Positions 36,355-58,623 of a stretch of 64,000 nucleotides of DNA are shown piece after piece. Position 1 is the first letter of the stretch. Each line of letters starts with the position of its first letter. The position numbers and the translations under genes were made by a program. The stretch lies in contig JBLDXI010000017.1 in assembly GCA_047495785.1 (NCBI GenBank), forward strand, positions 2,418,001-2,482,000, read 5' to 3'. Source of the DNA: Lepidodermella squamata. Its lineage: Eukaryota; Animalia; Gastrotricha. The notes under the pieces were generated by a model. The model was not told the origin of the DNA. It did not search any database and saw only the letters and a program-made list of their open reading frames with translations.

Positions 36355-39300
36355 TCAGCTAGTAAGTGGCATATGTACTCCGGCCTTCGCGAACGAACGG
36401 CGCAGTGAGCTTACCGACTCGTTCGCAGATTGTTTGTTTTTCTCCACTAAAATCCGGTTACCGCTAATAATAAAATTCGATATAATTCAAAATTGGATAT
36501 TAAATGAAAAAACAATACCTATCCAACACGAATTTGTTCTCGCTGAAGGTAGGCAGCAATAGGTGAAGGCGATGAGTTCGAACGAGTCGCTGACTAGCGA
36601 TTTCAGATGACTCAGCCAATTCTCCCAGCAGCTTCAGAATTTGCAAGTACTAAAAATAATCGTTATAATTTTTTTTCCAAAAAAATCGAAGGTATCAGAC
36701 CTCGGCTGGTGAGCTGCATAGAGGTGAATTCAACAGAGAAGTCAGCATCGGTATGATGCTGAAGCCATCGCGAGTCGTATTGACAGCGTCCAAATCTTTC
36801 ACTCCGGTCGCGGCGATATCCAAAAGCAGCGATCTTTGATACCGTGCGTTCTAAAATGACCGAAAATCGATGAAATATTGCAAGCTTTTTCAATTGTGGA
36901 ACATACATCCAATGTTGATGGGTAGTAGAAAGCAGTTGACAAGCTAGTCGGAACAGTCGGCTTCAAACTCGCGGCCAATTGCAGAGCAGTATTATCACGA
37001 ATATACGAATTTATCGGCTTCGCAAGTGAAGAAGCAGTTTCTGAAAAAAATCAGAAATTATTCCAAAAATCCGCCTTAAATTTCGTGAAAACCTACTATG
37101 GCCGAAGAGAATTCCAGGCAGCCGGGCTATTAAAGTTGCCATAGCTGGGGCAACTCTAGCATTTTGTTCAGGGATCGATTGACGGATCAAATCGAAAAAT
37201 TGAATCAGAGGTAGCGAAGGTTTAATTTGATGCCGAGCGTAGGCCTCAAAGCCAAACAAAGCAGCGTAGGCCAATGCGCGAAGGCGGTCATCTTTCAGTG
37301 ATAAAGCGGCCAGTAAAAACGCCAACACGTGAGATGAAACGAATTTCTGAACCGTAATTGGCCAATTGTGGAACGCAAAGGTTCGCACGAAAACTGGCAG
37401 TAAGAACGCGGGGTCGTAAATCGACGACCCTTGACTGGTTTTAACAGTAACCCCGCGTTCTATTTCGTACAAGCTACGATCGGTCGGCATGGACAACGCC
37501 GTTTGAAGCAGAATATTCGGTGACAAGCTTTCCAAGGTTGTGTCTGCGGTTAGCCGCATAGCTCCAGGCGAGAAGGCGGGCACAAATTGCTTCTTCGCGT
37601 TCTTTTTACCCCAGATACAAGGCTGGTAGGGTGGCCACAGAGCGCGATCCGGGTCTTGATTATCAAAGCAATTGTCAAAAGATGCCAAACAACTGAGAAT
37701 TAGCTGGTCGCGTTCTGATAAAGTGGCTGTGTAATTTGAGAGTAAAATCGGCACAACACCGCGCCATAGCGACGCGTAAGAACGCCATGATGGCCCGCGG
37801 AACCACAGAAGCGCATGAAGACACCTTAAAATCATGTTGCTGCGCTCGAGATTTTGCGGGTCGCTCAAATCTTCGACGTCAATCATTTTCAACAAGAAGT
37901 CGTGTGGATTTCCACCTTGAAACAAAAAATTTAGATCAAAGCAATTTACGAATTTCTAAGTTTACTTTCGTCGAAAATCAGTGATTCGGTAGTATCGATA
38001 ATTTGGCGAATGTCGTCATTCAAAATTTCTTCGGGGGCTGAAAACGCGCATTGAATGATTGCAGGCATGACATAGGCGTGAACCATCCATTTTTCAGAAC
38101 CTTCGAAGTTCGCGCATGATTCGACGAGCCAAGCAACAAATTTGACTTTGTGGCGCGTTTTCATTTGGGAGACATCAACGTTAGCACAAGCGTTGCTGAC
38201 ACATGCCATAGTTTGACTATTCACCCCGCTCCAGCTTAAAACTGATGATAGTATTGAGGTGAAGGAGTTGTGATAATCGGCGATCGGCAGTTTGATCGAT
38301 TTGAGGCAAGCAGTTACCGCCTTAACAGTAACAGCGCTTTCGACCTGTTCAGCTGAAGAAGCTGAAGCGATTAGGTTCAAAATTGCTAGAATTTCGCTCT
38401 CGCGGCACAGAGCCACATCCCCGTGATTGATAAAACTCAACAACTGACCGAGATTTGTCGTTTCACTAATTTGAACCCCCTCACCAACAGCCAAGCAGCG
38501 AACTCCGCTCAGAAACAGAGCATTGGCAACATTGGAACCCTGAGGTAAAACGGGCAACAAGGTCGCGACCAAATCAAACAAACGCTGTCGAGTTTTAGGC
38601 GTATTTTTGTCACCAAGTCGAGCCGACGTAGCAACGCATTCAGCGACGAATTTACAAACCCGAGTATAACTCGTTTTTCCATCATTTTTATCGTGCCAGT
38701 ATAGCACTAGTTTCTTCATAGATTTTAAGCAGGCCGACGTAAGTTGACTGCGAAGCGAGCTCAAATTCGATCGAGGTTGGGCAGCAATCAATTCATACAG
38801 CAAATCAGCGCCTTCCTCGAAGTATTGACTCGAAGCTTCTTCATCAAAAGCCAAATTGCCGGAGAACTCGACAAAAACCTTGTCGATTTCCTCGTCGCGT
38901 TGATTCAGTTCGTTGACGAAAATGCGCAATACTGCCGATTTTTTCGATAAATCACCACCGCGCTTGTCACGCTTCACGACCATTCGAGCCAAATCGGTGA
39001 TTTCGTCCGATTTGTGGCACAGTGACACGACAAGACTGATTGCAGTTAGAAAATCGTCAGTTTCGGGCAGGGTGTTCTTTTTAAGGAGGGTTTTAACAAA
39101 ACTCAGCGCAGTCTCGCCGTTGAATTTGCACAAACTGTCGTCAATTTTGACCGATAATTGCCGGCCTAGGCTGACGAAAGGGCTGTCCGGATGAAGACGA
39201 ATGTATCTACAGAGGGATTGGATAGCTGGGCCAAGAAGATGGCGAGATTCCGAGTGGCAAATGTTGGAAACTGAAATGAGCTCGCCGTTTTGTGGGCCTG

Positions 39301-41771
39301 CCAAAATTCTCAGAAAATGGCCGATATTTCTTTGGCGCTTCATCATCACACTCAAACAAGGTCCAATCGCCTGCGTTTTCGGCTTCTTTAGGCCAATATC
39401 TACCAGCCATTTCACGATTAGATAAGCCATGGTGTCATTTAGCGTAACGCTTCCACCAGCGAAAATCGAATCAACGAGTCTTTGCAGGTCGCCGATATCA
39501 CAACTACCGCCATTAACTTTGACCATAAACTCGGCTAAACCACCAAGATCTTCGGCTTCATTGTACTGTTCAGTCCATTCACTGCTTTTCGAAGAAATCA
39601 AATCTTTTAGAGCATGGATGGAAGCCGCAAAACTATTGCCGAAATTCAGCTTGTCATTTTGCAGATGTTTCAGAGCAGTTAACACCGGGTTTTGTTTACC
39701 AGATTTCGCCGAAGAGTTAAGGCCTTCGAACAGAGCGATCACAGCCTTGCAATAATCGGATTCAGTCAGCTGACTTCCGATCGTTGAAATACAAGCCGCA
39801 ACCTCGCCTTGAGCAGCTTTAACGCCAGACAAGCATATGAAAACCTGTAATTTTTATAAATTAATTGAAAAATCAGATTTAGAAAAGTCCTCCTTAAAAA
39901 AATACCTCGGCTAATGTCATAGCGTGTTGACCTGGCGCAGTAGCGCTTTCTTCTATAATCCATCTTAACAGTGAATCCTCGCTGGTAGACGCAGTTTTTG
40001 TCCAGTTTTTCGATAGCCCAATCGCCAGACAAAGCCTGGCAAGCGGCTTTCGGATTTTCCGAAACTCCTTTGACTTGGCAACAATTTGCAAATCATCAAT
40101 CAATTTTTCCAGGGCGAAAGACAGAACCAAGAGACCAGAAAATCTGCAGAAAGTAGTCAAGTACAGCAAACAGCTGTTAACTGCCGCGACGATTTGACGA
40201 CGCTCGGTGTCATTTGCAGAACTTCCTGGTTTTCTCAGCAAATCCGCCGCGGCGACAACGACATTGAAAACTTTATCCGGGTCGATGAAACTGCGCTTAA
40301 CGCGCCAGAAAAACAGGCGCATGACGTTGTCGTGGCTCAGCGAGGATTTCGCCGTGAAAACACTGACGCAGCGTTGAAGAAGCGCGGCTTGGAATGAAAT
40401 GGGAGCGGCAATCATTTCCCAGTGCTGCTTCGGGCCAATTTTGCACGCCATTCTCGCTTGATCGAGAAAATTTGGGGCTTGGGGTAGACTCAAAGATGTC
40501 AAAAGCGACAGCATAACCGCATTTGTTGACGGCGTGACCCTCGTCGGCAAATTTGCGATAACAGGAGGAAGTTGCGAGACAACAGCCGCATTCGCTAGCA
40601 TAATATCAGGCTGCTTTGCGTGATTTTTCAATTGATCGAAATATTGAGGAATCTGATCCGGTAAAGCCGATAAAATATCGACAAGAATCGACAGCATTCC
40701 ACCATTTTGTTGCGTTATTAGGAAGCTGATGATTTTAGTCGCGAGGATATTCGCATTTCCAGCCGACCCGGAGCCTTCCTTTAAAACAGTGGTGCCGAAT
40801 TTCGCATCGTAGAAAACAACTCCGAGCTTCGAATCGGTGAAAAGTCGTCGAATCAAAACTTGGAGAGTATCGGCCATTTCAGCTGCAGCCGGTAGAGTGA
40901 GTAATCGCAACAATTTTTCCACGTTGTCCTCATTGAACAGCTTCATTTTCGTGGTTTTGTTGATGCGAGGATTCTCAACCACCTTTTTCAACATGGTATC
41001 GACTAGCAGACTAGCAAGTCCGAAATCCTCCTCAACAATGGTTGAAATTTGCGCGAATAAAATGTCGAATAAATATCGACATTTTCCTGTTAAGGCGGAT
41101 GTGATAACTGAATCATTTTGCTCGTCGGCATGAAGCAGAATCGATAGAGCCAAATAGCCCATACAACTTCTAGCCATAGCGTATGTCGAAGCAACATGGT
41201 CAATGTTTTTCTTGAATAAATCCCAATTGAAGTTTGAGATTACGAGCGAGGCGGTTTGAGCACTTGACACCACAAGGGCAGTGAGCAATTTCAAGACAGC
41301 GTTGTAACCATTGGTCACATTGAGCAGGGCGCAGATCGATCTCATGTTGTCATGTGAGCAAATCGCCTGAGTGAATTTCGTCGCGGTTTCTTTATCCTCT
41401 TCACCGGCCAGGACGAGTAAAATCGCCTCAATTGCCTGGCAGGCAAGCATTTTCCGTTTCGGCGATTCAGAGACGGCAAGGAACCGTAGAATTCCGGAAA
41501 AGTCACTCGATTGCTGGCAATATTGTTGAACGACCAGCTTAGCAACCGGTGATTCCTGCAAGTGGGCCAGCCACTTCATTGCCGCAGCTGATGTATCGCG
41601 ATCAGACAGCATTTGCTTGAGCGCATCGCCGCAATCTGGCTCTTCGAAGATAGCTTTGGTCTTCTTTTTCGCAACTGCCTCATTCTCCTGCGGTTGATTA
41701 CTTTCTTCGTCGTAGTCTTCTGGAACGTTACTGGTATGTTCTCTCTTCCCGGGTTTTTTATCTGTTTCCAT
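36355..41771 (-). CDS. URB1: Nucleolar pre-ribosomal-associated protein 1 (URB1/Npa1), multi-exon
   Basis: N-terminal VVENPRINKTTKMKLFN (Npa1 domain), YTATLSERDQLIL, YDPAFLLP, LAALSLKDDRLRALAYAAL (NopRA1 region). Confidence 0.85.
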
Positions 41772-41883
41772 CTCAAAATAAATTCTACACACAAAAATCA
41801 CAAATTCTTCGAAGTTTTGGAAAGACAAAATTCTATTTATTACAATTCCACGAGTTTGAAAGAAGTTTCACAGGATTTTCGCT

Positions 41884-43238
41884 TTAATCATAGAGATCAC
41901 TATAAAGTTCAGACCCGATCCGAATGTATTCCTGCCGTTCGGATTCCGTCATTTTTCGAACCATCTCATCAGTCACGTCAGCGTACTGCATCAAAACGCC
42001 CTGAACGCTCACCATCGCCGAGTCGGCGGTAACAGCGGGCTGTTCCATCGGCTCAGCTTTTTCCTCCTTAACATCGACAAAATCGTCCGAGGCGTTCGAT
42101 TCAGTTTCTAGTTTTTCGTGTGATAGCAAGGTTCGAAGAACGTCAGCATTGTCTTCGTTCGAAGATTGTTTCGAGGTGGGAGATGGCTCGGAAAGCCATG
42201 GTTCGGGTTTCACGCCGAACAAATCTTCCTCCATCGCATTCGACCGGGCCCCACCGTACTCGGTGACTGGGTCCAGCTTAACACCAAACAAGGCCTCTAC
42301 ATCGTCCTGGGTAGGACTTTTAGGAGCCTGGTTCTGCTCAGCAACACTCTGCGTCATCCAAATCGGCTGTTCTCGCTTCGGTTTCACCGGCGCTGTGTCA
42401 GGTTTATGACCCGCCGGCAACACAGATACTCGAACTTCGTTGGTAATAGGAGCCTGGTTCGGCATTTTAACGACAATACTGTTATTTTTGAGATAAGCCT
42501 CCCTGGCCAGGGCAGACTGGTCGCGTTGTATAGGCGCATCAAGCATGTCCTGCCTCGCCTGTTCGCACTCTCGAAGTAGCTCGAACAACGGAGCTAGTTG
42601 CGTGTTGAACATTGTCATTAACTGACGCGCGTCGGGTTTGTTGTCGTCACCGGTCGTAACTTCGGTGACCTCAGATTTGCAAAATGTGCACAACAGCTTA
42701 CCAGTTGCCATGTCGAGTAAATGGCCGATTTCTAGGTCGGAATATAATTTTGTGCAGGTCGGACACTGGAAATTTGTTCTCCGGATAGAAGCGCGCTCCT
42801 CCTTATCTATTCGAACACGCATCTCGTCCAGCTTATATTTTACCACCGATAAAAAATTCGTGTAAGCGATTGAATAGTAATTTTGTCTCGTCTGTTTTCC
42901 TTCGTTATCAGTTTCGACTTTTAACCGCACTCGAATTAGAGATTCCTTTCGCAGATCGTTGAGTGCAGCTCTCAAAATTTTGCGATCAAAATGAAGCAGC
43001 TCGATCAGTTTATCTTCCTAAAAAAACCAGAAATTTTACAGTAAAAATCAAAATTTTCAAAACTAACTTTTATCAAAGGTCTATGGATGATCAAATCAAC
43101 AACTAAGTACGCTTCTTTGGAGTAAAATGTTTTCACGACGTGCCGAACTAAGAGCTTAAACACATCCGGAACAGCGATTTCAACGTCCCCATCGTCGGCT
43201 GATATCAAAGGGTCGTTAATGTCACCGTTTTTCGCCAT
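41884..43238 (-). CDS. GTF2E1: General transcription factor IIE alpha (2 exons)
   Basis: LVRHVVKTFY, NYYSIAYTNFLSVVKYKLDEMR, zinc ribbon CPTC...CTFC, C-terminal VSVQG...VRKMTESERQEY. Confidence 0.95.
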
Positions 43239-43441
43239 TGTTCAACAATTAAAAGTAATAACTAGAAAAATGAAAATTAATCAATCAGATGATTCATTCA
43301 GATTTAAAAGAAAAAGCAACGCGTATCATGCCGATAAAAACCAAAGTAACAAAATCGAGTTTTTCCCGTCGGTCCACAAGACTTGAACAACATGGCTTTG
43401 TCATATAAACAAACGAAAGCAGAAATAAGGTGTTTAAAATA

Positions 43442-46179
43442 TCAACGGCGCTTATTGTTGCTTTTTACAGCAGGTTTCGAAGCGGAACTTGTGGTCTCTT
43501 TCGAGGGGCCAGCTTGATCCCGATTCGCGGTGCTTCGAGTTCGGCGCATCGCTGTAGAGACAGGCTGAGCAGCCGGTGTGGCGAAAGCGGGCGAGTGGGC
43601 CGGGCTGGACGTTTCTGAAACCGGAATTAGAGGAACTCGACGGACAGTTCTGCCGCCGACATGTTGCTGCGAGGTCGCAGTTGACGTGGTTGTCGTGAAA
43701 GACTGCACCGAGGGAGTCGAAGCTAGTTGACTAGTTGTCGGCTCGTTATTTATCATAGATGAATCCGTCAGATTATTAACAGCAGCATCATCGAAATCCA
43801 GACGCTGTCGGATGGTCGAAGAATTCGCGCCAGGCAATGCAGAAGTATCCGGGAAGCTATTGAAAATCGACGCTTGCGACTCGCCAGGGGGCGTGCGAAG
43901 CTCTGGGAGAAAATCAAGAAAATTAAGGAGGATTTTTCATTTCAAATTAAATTTACTGCTAGCTGATCTGAGATCAAACGGGATCATCTGCTGTCGATTC
44001 GGGCTTTTATTGAAGAATACATCGTCAAAAGTGAACCCGTCCAGAGTTCCGACTTGATTATTCAGCTGTAAATTAGCCGCTGATGTACCTTGCTGCTGTT
44101 GCAAGTCATTGTGCTTATCCGGGCTTGAGTTGGTCGATGTTAACATAATCGGTTCAGAAGTTCCACCTGCCACCTGTTGTTGATTCGAATTTTCCTCATC
44201 AGCTGGTTGAATAATTAACCGGGTAGGGAAATTAGCAGTCAACTCTAGAGGCTGCTGGTCCATAATTTGATTTTTCTCAGGAGAGATTGTTTGCTGCTGC
44301 TGCTGCTGAATGAAACCTGGGACTTGGACCATGACAAAATTACCGTTGCCGGTGTCAACCAGGTAGTAAGACCCTGGCGCCGTGACATTGTTGTTGCCAA
44401 AAAGGACAGACAACGGAGCAGTTATGGGCGCTATAGGTATACTCGTCGCAGCGGTGGCACGAGGGGTCGGTCTATTACTACCGGTAAAACCCGGCATCTT
44501 TGGCACTAAAGGTGTCATCGAACGGAGCTTCTCCTCTACTAAAGGATCAAGCGGCTTGTTCGGGATGAAAGGTGGAGGCGATTCATAGTCTGGATCTTTG
44601 AATCTGTATTTTCGCACTCTTTGTACCCCATCCTTCGAGCCATGAGGTCGGCCTGGTCTCTTTTTTGGCTCCGGGTTCTCTCCTGGTAAAGAATTCCGAT
44701 TGCGAGACCTTTTCCGCGTCGGTTTTTTGTTGGAATCCTGAATCGTTTCAGGCTGTTTCTCCGGCTCAGAGCCCTCTACCTGCTGTGAGCTCTGAGGGTC
44801 TTGACGGGGAAGTGGAATAATCTCAAATGATGGAATTTCAGTGGGAACTTCTTCCCTTGCAGCAGAAAGGGTACGATCTAGATCAACGCATTCATCCCTC
44901 GGGAGTGGCGGTGGGGTGCTTGGCTCGGGCATTGGTGCCTCGGTAGCAGTCTCCATTAGATTTCCGATCTCATTCGCAATAGGAGCTTCTTGCTCACTCG
45001 AGGTACCTGCCACCTGGTTGTTTTCCACGAGACCTAGATTTTCAGACTGACAGTTCTCAGTCGGCAAGCCAAATGACGTCTGATCAGTAGGCATAACCGG
45101 GGCGTCATTGGAATTTGAGTCAAACGGAAGGCTGTTGTCATTTTGAAACAACGAACGAACGAATCGGTCGAAATTCGGGTCATGTTGGGTTTTCTGGATA
45201 ATCTGGCCAGCTTTCTCAGGCGATAAAATTGAATGCTAAAAACGAAGCAAATGAGTTCTATTTTCTTAATTATAAACAGCACTTACGTCTACTGGAACGT
45301 CATCTTTAGCAATAACTGAATTGATGTTATCCGCAAGAGCTCGTGCGAAATCGAAAATACTAGCGTCAAAATCGCCAATTTCGCCCAATAGATCGTTGTT
45401 ACTGACTGGAGCGACGTTCGGCTCTTCGACGTCAATCACAGGATTTTGAGCCACTGAGGCTACCGGAGTTCGCAGCGTAGGAGATTCAGGCTTCGATATC
45501 AGCTGGTTATCAGGTTTCGAGCCAAGCGATTGAGACGGACCCGGGTTATTACCGCCATACCGAAGTCTCGCTTGTACGGTTTTTCGAGAATTTGAGCTGC
45601 CAAACTTTTGCTCTGAAGCAGTTGGAGCCGGTAGAGAACCATGATCCGGGCTCTTCAGAACCTGCTGAGCTGCCACAGATGGCGGGCAGGATTGAGATGG
45701 ATCAGAAAATACTTGATTAGGTTGTTGCTGCTTAGGTAACTGGACCGCCGGAATAGGAGTTGTGCTCGTTGATGATAAAACCTGCCGAGCAACGCGGTAA
45801 ACTAAAAGAAATATTAATGCGTTTCTGGATAAGAGTTAGAACAACTAACCAGAACTTGCACTTTCAACTTGAGTCGCTGAGTTGGAGAAGGCCGGAGTTG
45901 AAGCCAGCCGAGATAGCAGGCAGTATTCCGCCAAAATATCAAGCAGACTCTTCCCGCCAATGTTCGTCGTGAATTTCAAGCCCCCGGCAAGAAGCGAAGC
46001 ATACTCCCTCAGATCATTACACTCGGATAGAAAGGAGTCATGAGACTTTTGACAACCAACTTCCGCCAAAAATCCTGTAAAATTGAATGTTATTCAATCC
46101 GCCGATTAGTGCGAGTACCCTATGACCTACCAAGGACTAGCCGCGCGACTTCCGACGGCAGGAAGGTTTCAATGGTCAT
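43442..46179 (-). CDS. NPAT: NPAT/Mxc-like histone locus body scaffold (LisH N-terminus, AT-hook, long low-complexity region), multi-exon
   Basis: Spliced N-terminus MTIETFLPSEVARLVLGFLAEVGCQKSHDSFLSECNDLREY...GKSLLDILAEY matches the NPAT LisH. AT-hook KKRPGRPHGSK. Confidence 0.8.
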
Positions 46180-46404
46180 TAGATTGCAGGGTCAGTGCAC
46201 CATATTTACAAAAAATAGCATCTCTAGGTGGTCGAAACGGCAAAAGATGATCAGGTTGAAACATGCTAGGCTAGTTTATTTTATCATTACTCCAATAAGC
46301 GAATAAAATATCATGCGAATGAGTATCACAGATGAAGCAATAAATAATAAAATTTGGCATTATTGATGTGGGGAATTATTATCACAGAGTGAGCAGTCGA
46401 TCGT

Positions 46405-48021
46405 TCACCAAAAACTAAGAACAACAGCAGCGCCTGGCTTCTCAGGCGATGCGACAACAAGTCGAACGAGTGAGCTCCAAACATGACTAATGAGTATAGG
46501 CTGGCGATGCAGGACATTCAGTTGTTTCCCGTCGCCACTTGAGTAGTCCCAGACAACGATTCGTTTTCGGTCGCTGGCGGATATCAGTTTTTGCGCGTCC
46601 ATCAAAATGCACCGGACGATGCCAACGTGATCGCCCACCATTCGACGCAGCAAGGCACATTTATCCAACGACCAAATACACACAGCTGAGTCGGATGCCC
46701 CAGATGCTGCGACATTCGTGGCAATGCAGCACGCGACACAATACTGAAACAGAGAACAAAGAAATAAATTCGAGATTCGAATTCAGGTGGCTTAAAAGTG
46801 AGATAATTCAAAATCAGACTGGGGCGGTATGGTAAAATCATACTTTTCATACTAAAAAGACCATTCATCAGGAAAATAAAGAATCCGCCTTAATATTATT
46901 CGTATACGTACCACTTCACTCGAACGCAAGTGACCGCGACCAGTAGCAGTGCACCTGGCCGTGTTGATATCCCAAAATCGAACCGAGCCATCAGCTGAAC
47001 CCGAAATCAGCCGCTTATCACTCGCGAAGCAACAGCAAGTTACAGCTTCATCGTGAAGTTGATTCGAGAACAAAACTTTGGTCACTTGATGATTTTGAGG
47101 TCGAGCACTCAGTCGCAGATTTGAAGTCGTAGTTTGACCAACGGCAATGTTACGCTGCGAGAACCGAATGACAGCCAATTTGCGATCCCACCCGCCAGAA
47201 GCGACAAGGTCGTTACCATATCCCACGAGACATTCAACTTCGTCTTCATGGACGTTGAGCCGTTCTATCAAAGCTTGTGATGTCAGACTCCAGAATTCAA
47301 TGGTACCAGATGCGGTTGCGATGACAATAACGTTGTTGAACAAAATCATCTTCGTTACTGGTTTCCCGACTTGCATCGCAGCTTGAAGCATGCCGAAGGT
47401 GGCGTCGAACGTTCGAATATGACCGTCAAGACTTGATGTGATGATAATCGGGTCAGCATCTGGGTCTTCATTCGGGTTGCCACTTGAGTGCATCAAAATG
47501 ACATGGCTAACTTGACCAGATTGGTTCGACAGCGTGTAAAGGAGTTGGGCTGAAACCAGGTCGTAAACATTCAGGGAACCATCTTCAGACCCGGTAACGA
47601 CCAATCGGTTGGAACAGCCAAGAGCCGTCACTTGCTGAGAATGACCTTTAAGTAGAGGACCGACAGCATATCGACCGGTCTGCCAGTTTCGATTGCAATG
47701 ATAGGCAAGGGCGAAAATCTTCTTGAATTTCGGGATATCACCTCGCTGAAAACAGGTTGGACTGAAGAATGGACTCAGGTGCGACGGAGTTGTTCCCAGC
47801 TCGAGCGGTGGTTCAGACTCCAGATAGCCGTATTTCTCACTGAAATCGTATCGCTTACATAGCAGCTTCCAAAACAAGTCATTATCGGTGAGGTTAAACC
47901 AGCTCTTGCAACACAAAGTCGAGCAGCAGAGAGTAGGAACGTCAATGTAGGCGGTCAGCACGCGAAAGCTCAGATCAGAAGGTAATGCAGACAGTAAATC
48001 AAATGAGGCTGCTTGTGGCAT
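46405..48021 (-). CDS. F-box/WD40 protein (intron 46744-46911)
   Basis: F-box LSALPSDLSFRVL...VPTLC...CKSW...LFWK. WD repeats GHSQQVTAL...VVTGSEDGSLNVYD and LISGSADGSVRFWD. Confidence 0.9.
46810..46876 (-). ncRNA. Box C/D snoRNA, SNORD31/snR67-like (F-box coding intron)
   Basis: CTGATGA...ATGA..ATGATTT-TACCATACCGCCCCAGT-CTGA. Guide complementary to 28S ACTGGGGCGGTA. D box 70 nt from 3' splice site. Confidence 0.85.
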
Positions 48022-48095
48022 TCCAGCTATCTGCAAGTAAAAACGCTCATTAATCAACTGTAAAAAAAATTGTCAAATTCCGCGAAAATTGAATG

Positions 48096-48159
48096 AATTT
48101 CAGTAGCAGAACTGGGAGTAGAATCATAGTTTTCATTAGCTGAATTTTCATCCTTTAGA
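48096..48159 (-). ncRNA. Box C/D snoRNA, SNORD38/snR61-like (degenerate C box)
   Basis: AGGATGA...ATGA..ATGATTC-TACTCCCAGTTCTGCTA-CTGA. Guide complementary to 28S AGCAGAACTGG. Confidence 0.75.
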
Positions 48160-48302
48160 CAAAGCACGAACTGGTTGTTAAAGCCAAATATACACACCTG
48201 TTATGGACACAGCATAATTCCAACACACCGATTGACCTGCAAGGCAGAATAAATTCAATTAGTTATTGATACTAATGGTTCGAATTTTGATAGAAAAGTA
48301 TT

Positions 48303-48368
48303 ATTTTCAGTAGCAGAACTGGGAGTATAATCAATGAAATCATGATTTGTTAAATGTCATCACGGATT
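48303..48368 (-). ncRNA. Box C/D snoRNA, SNORD38/snR61-like
   Basis: GTGATGA...ATGA..TTGATTA-TACTCCCAGTTCTGCTA-CTGA. Confidence 0.88.
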
Positions 48369-48539
48369 AAACCCATGAAGGATGTGAAATTCAGCTCACC
48401 TCAAGCACGAATGATAAGTAGCATCGCAGATTGCAGATCGCAGCGTCAATGATGACCTCGACTCGATCTGCAAAATAAATGAAGTCTTTGAATATTGAAT
48501 ACCATGAAACTGAATCAGAATACTGTCTCATTAATAATA

Positions 48540-48607
48540 AAAATCAGAGGCCTTTTTGTCAATCAAGAATTTTCTGAGAGAAGGGTTTGAAAGTATCATC
48601 ATCTAGA
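48540..48607 (-). ncRNA. Box C/D snoRNA, target not recognised
   Basis: ATGATGA-TACTTTCAAACCCTTCTCT-CAGA...TTGATTG-ACAAAAAGGCCT-CTGA. D box 76 nt from 3' splice site. Confidence 0.75.
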
Positions 48608-48758
48608 AGTTTAAATTTCTTAAAAAAAAGATGCCGTCATTTACCTTTCAAAAATGCTGTCGACGTTTTCAGTTACAGCTCGTTCAATAGCCTGCGCAAA
48701 AATAAGAGAAATTTAATGGTAGGATAAATTAAAAAAGATTTTAGGGAAAAAATTTCAA

Positions 48759-48840
48759 CATATCAGAGTTCAAATTGCCTCATGTATTTCAACTAGCTTA
48801 TCGAAATATAGGACTAACAGGAAACTTAACATCATATTAA
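48759..48840 (-). ncRNA. Box C/D snoRNA, target not recognised
   Basis: ATGATGT...TTCGATAAGCTAG-TTGA..ATGAGGC-AATTTGAACT-CTGA. D box 71 nt from 3' splice site. Confidence 0.65.
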
Positions 48841-48996
48841 GCCGAATCTCTATAATCATTTAAAAAACCAACCGTTCAAAAGCTGATGGCCCAAGTTGAC
48901 TCGCAACGCGCGGTATAGATAGCGTTGAAGCCTGCAATACAAAATAATACTTTGAAATTATGGGCGAAAATTGGGAAAATTATCATGCGATCGATA

Positions 48997-49062
48997 GGTT
49001 TCAGACTGGGGCGATATATTATAATCAATTTTATCATTTGGGGACATCAATCATCACTAGAA
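48997..49062 (-). ncRNA. Box C/D snoRNA, SNORD31-like D guide plus second D' guide; identical core to 50118-50183
   Basis: GTGATGA-TTGATGTCCCCAA-ATGA..TTGATTA-TAATATATCGCCCCAGT-CTGA. Confidence 0.85.
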
Positions 49063-49411
49063 TTTCGAATACTGAGAAGTAAAAAAAAATATTTCTCACC
49101 TCTTATGGAACCAAACTTGCTTGCTGGGTGATTCGTGTCTGCTTTAAATTAATTAAAATCTAAAAATTAGAAAGTAAAATGATTATAATGTTTTAAGACT
49201 TTATTGTCTGCTCAGTAAGACAAGATACACAAATAAGAACAAAACCGGACGCTATATTGTCACAAACATCGCAGTTGGTAACCGCAAGAAATTTTTAGAA
49301 CATTATTTACAAGTGCTCGAACTAACAGAAAAGGCCATGCGTGGTTTTGTTCCAAGTTTTTTTTTCGTTCAGTAGTAAAATCAAACCAGCGATGCCTAAT
49401 AGGCTTAATAA

Positions 49412-58144
<8,733 letters not shown>

Positions 58145-58623
58145 CTTAATGAACTAAGACATCCTATAAATCATGAATATAAAGCAATTCATAGAAAAAC
58201 TATCGATATCGATTAAAAACAAATAGCAAATAGAGAGAAGAGGAAGAAGCTAAGCCGATTACCGATTATGAAAGATGTTGTCAATCGAGCAGTTGGGTTC
58301 CCAAACCACCTCGTGCAATTCGCAACGAGGCGCGCGGCGAGGCTGATGAAATGGCGTGAGTTTTCCAATTTTTTCACAAATAATATTGCCTACTATCAGC
58401 TAAGGATTCTACAGAGTTATTAATACACAGCGTATATAATAATTATTTAGAGCGGGAAATTTCAAAAATTTGAAAAGCCAACATGCACACACGTGGTCTG
58501 AAGTTGTATGTACCGAACTGATGACAAAGTGTTGGATGTATCTACTGCTCCTATCTGATTGCTAATAATAGCCAGTGGTAGCCATTTTTAACCTTGATTG
58601 CAGACATTTTTGGCGAATGGCAA

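Larger units (their letters stand above)
48031..49138 (-). other. Spliced non-coding 5' leader of the F-box gene: five short exons and five snoRNA-bearing introns
   Basis: GT-AG introns at about 48932-49099, 48692-48872, 48468-48644, 48237-48399 and 48031-48198. The joined exons (39-68 nt) contain only tiny uORFs. Confidence 0.72.
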
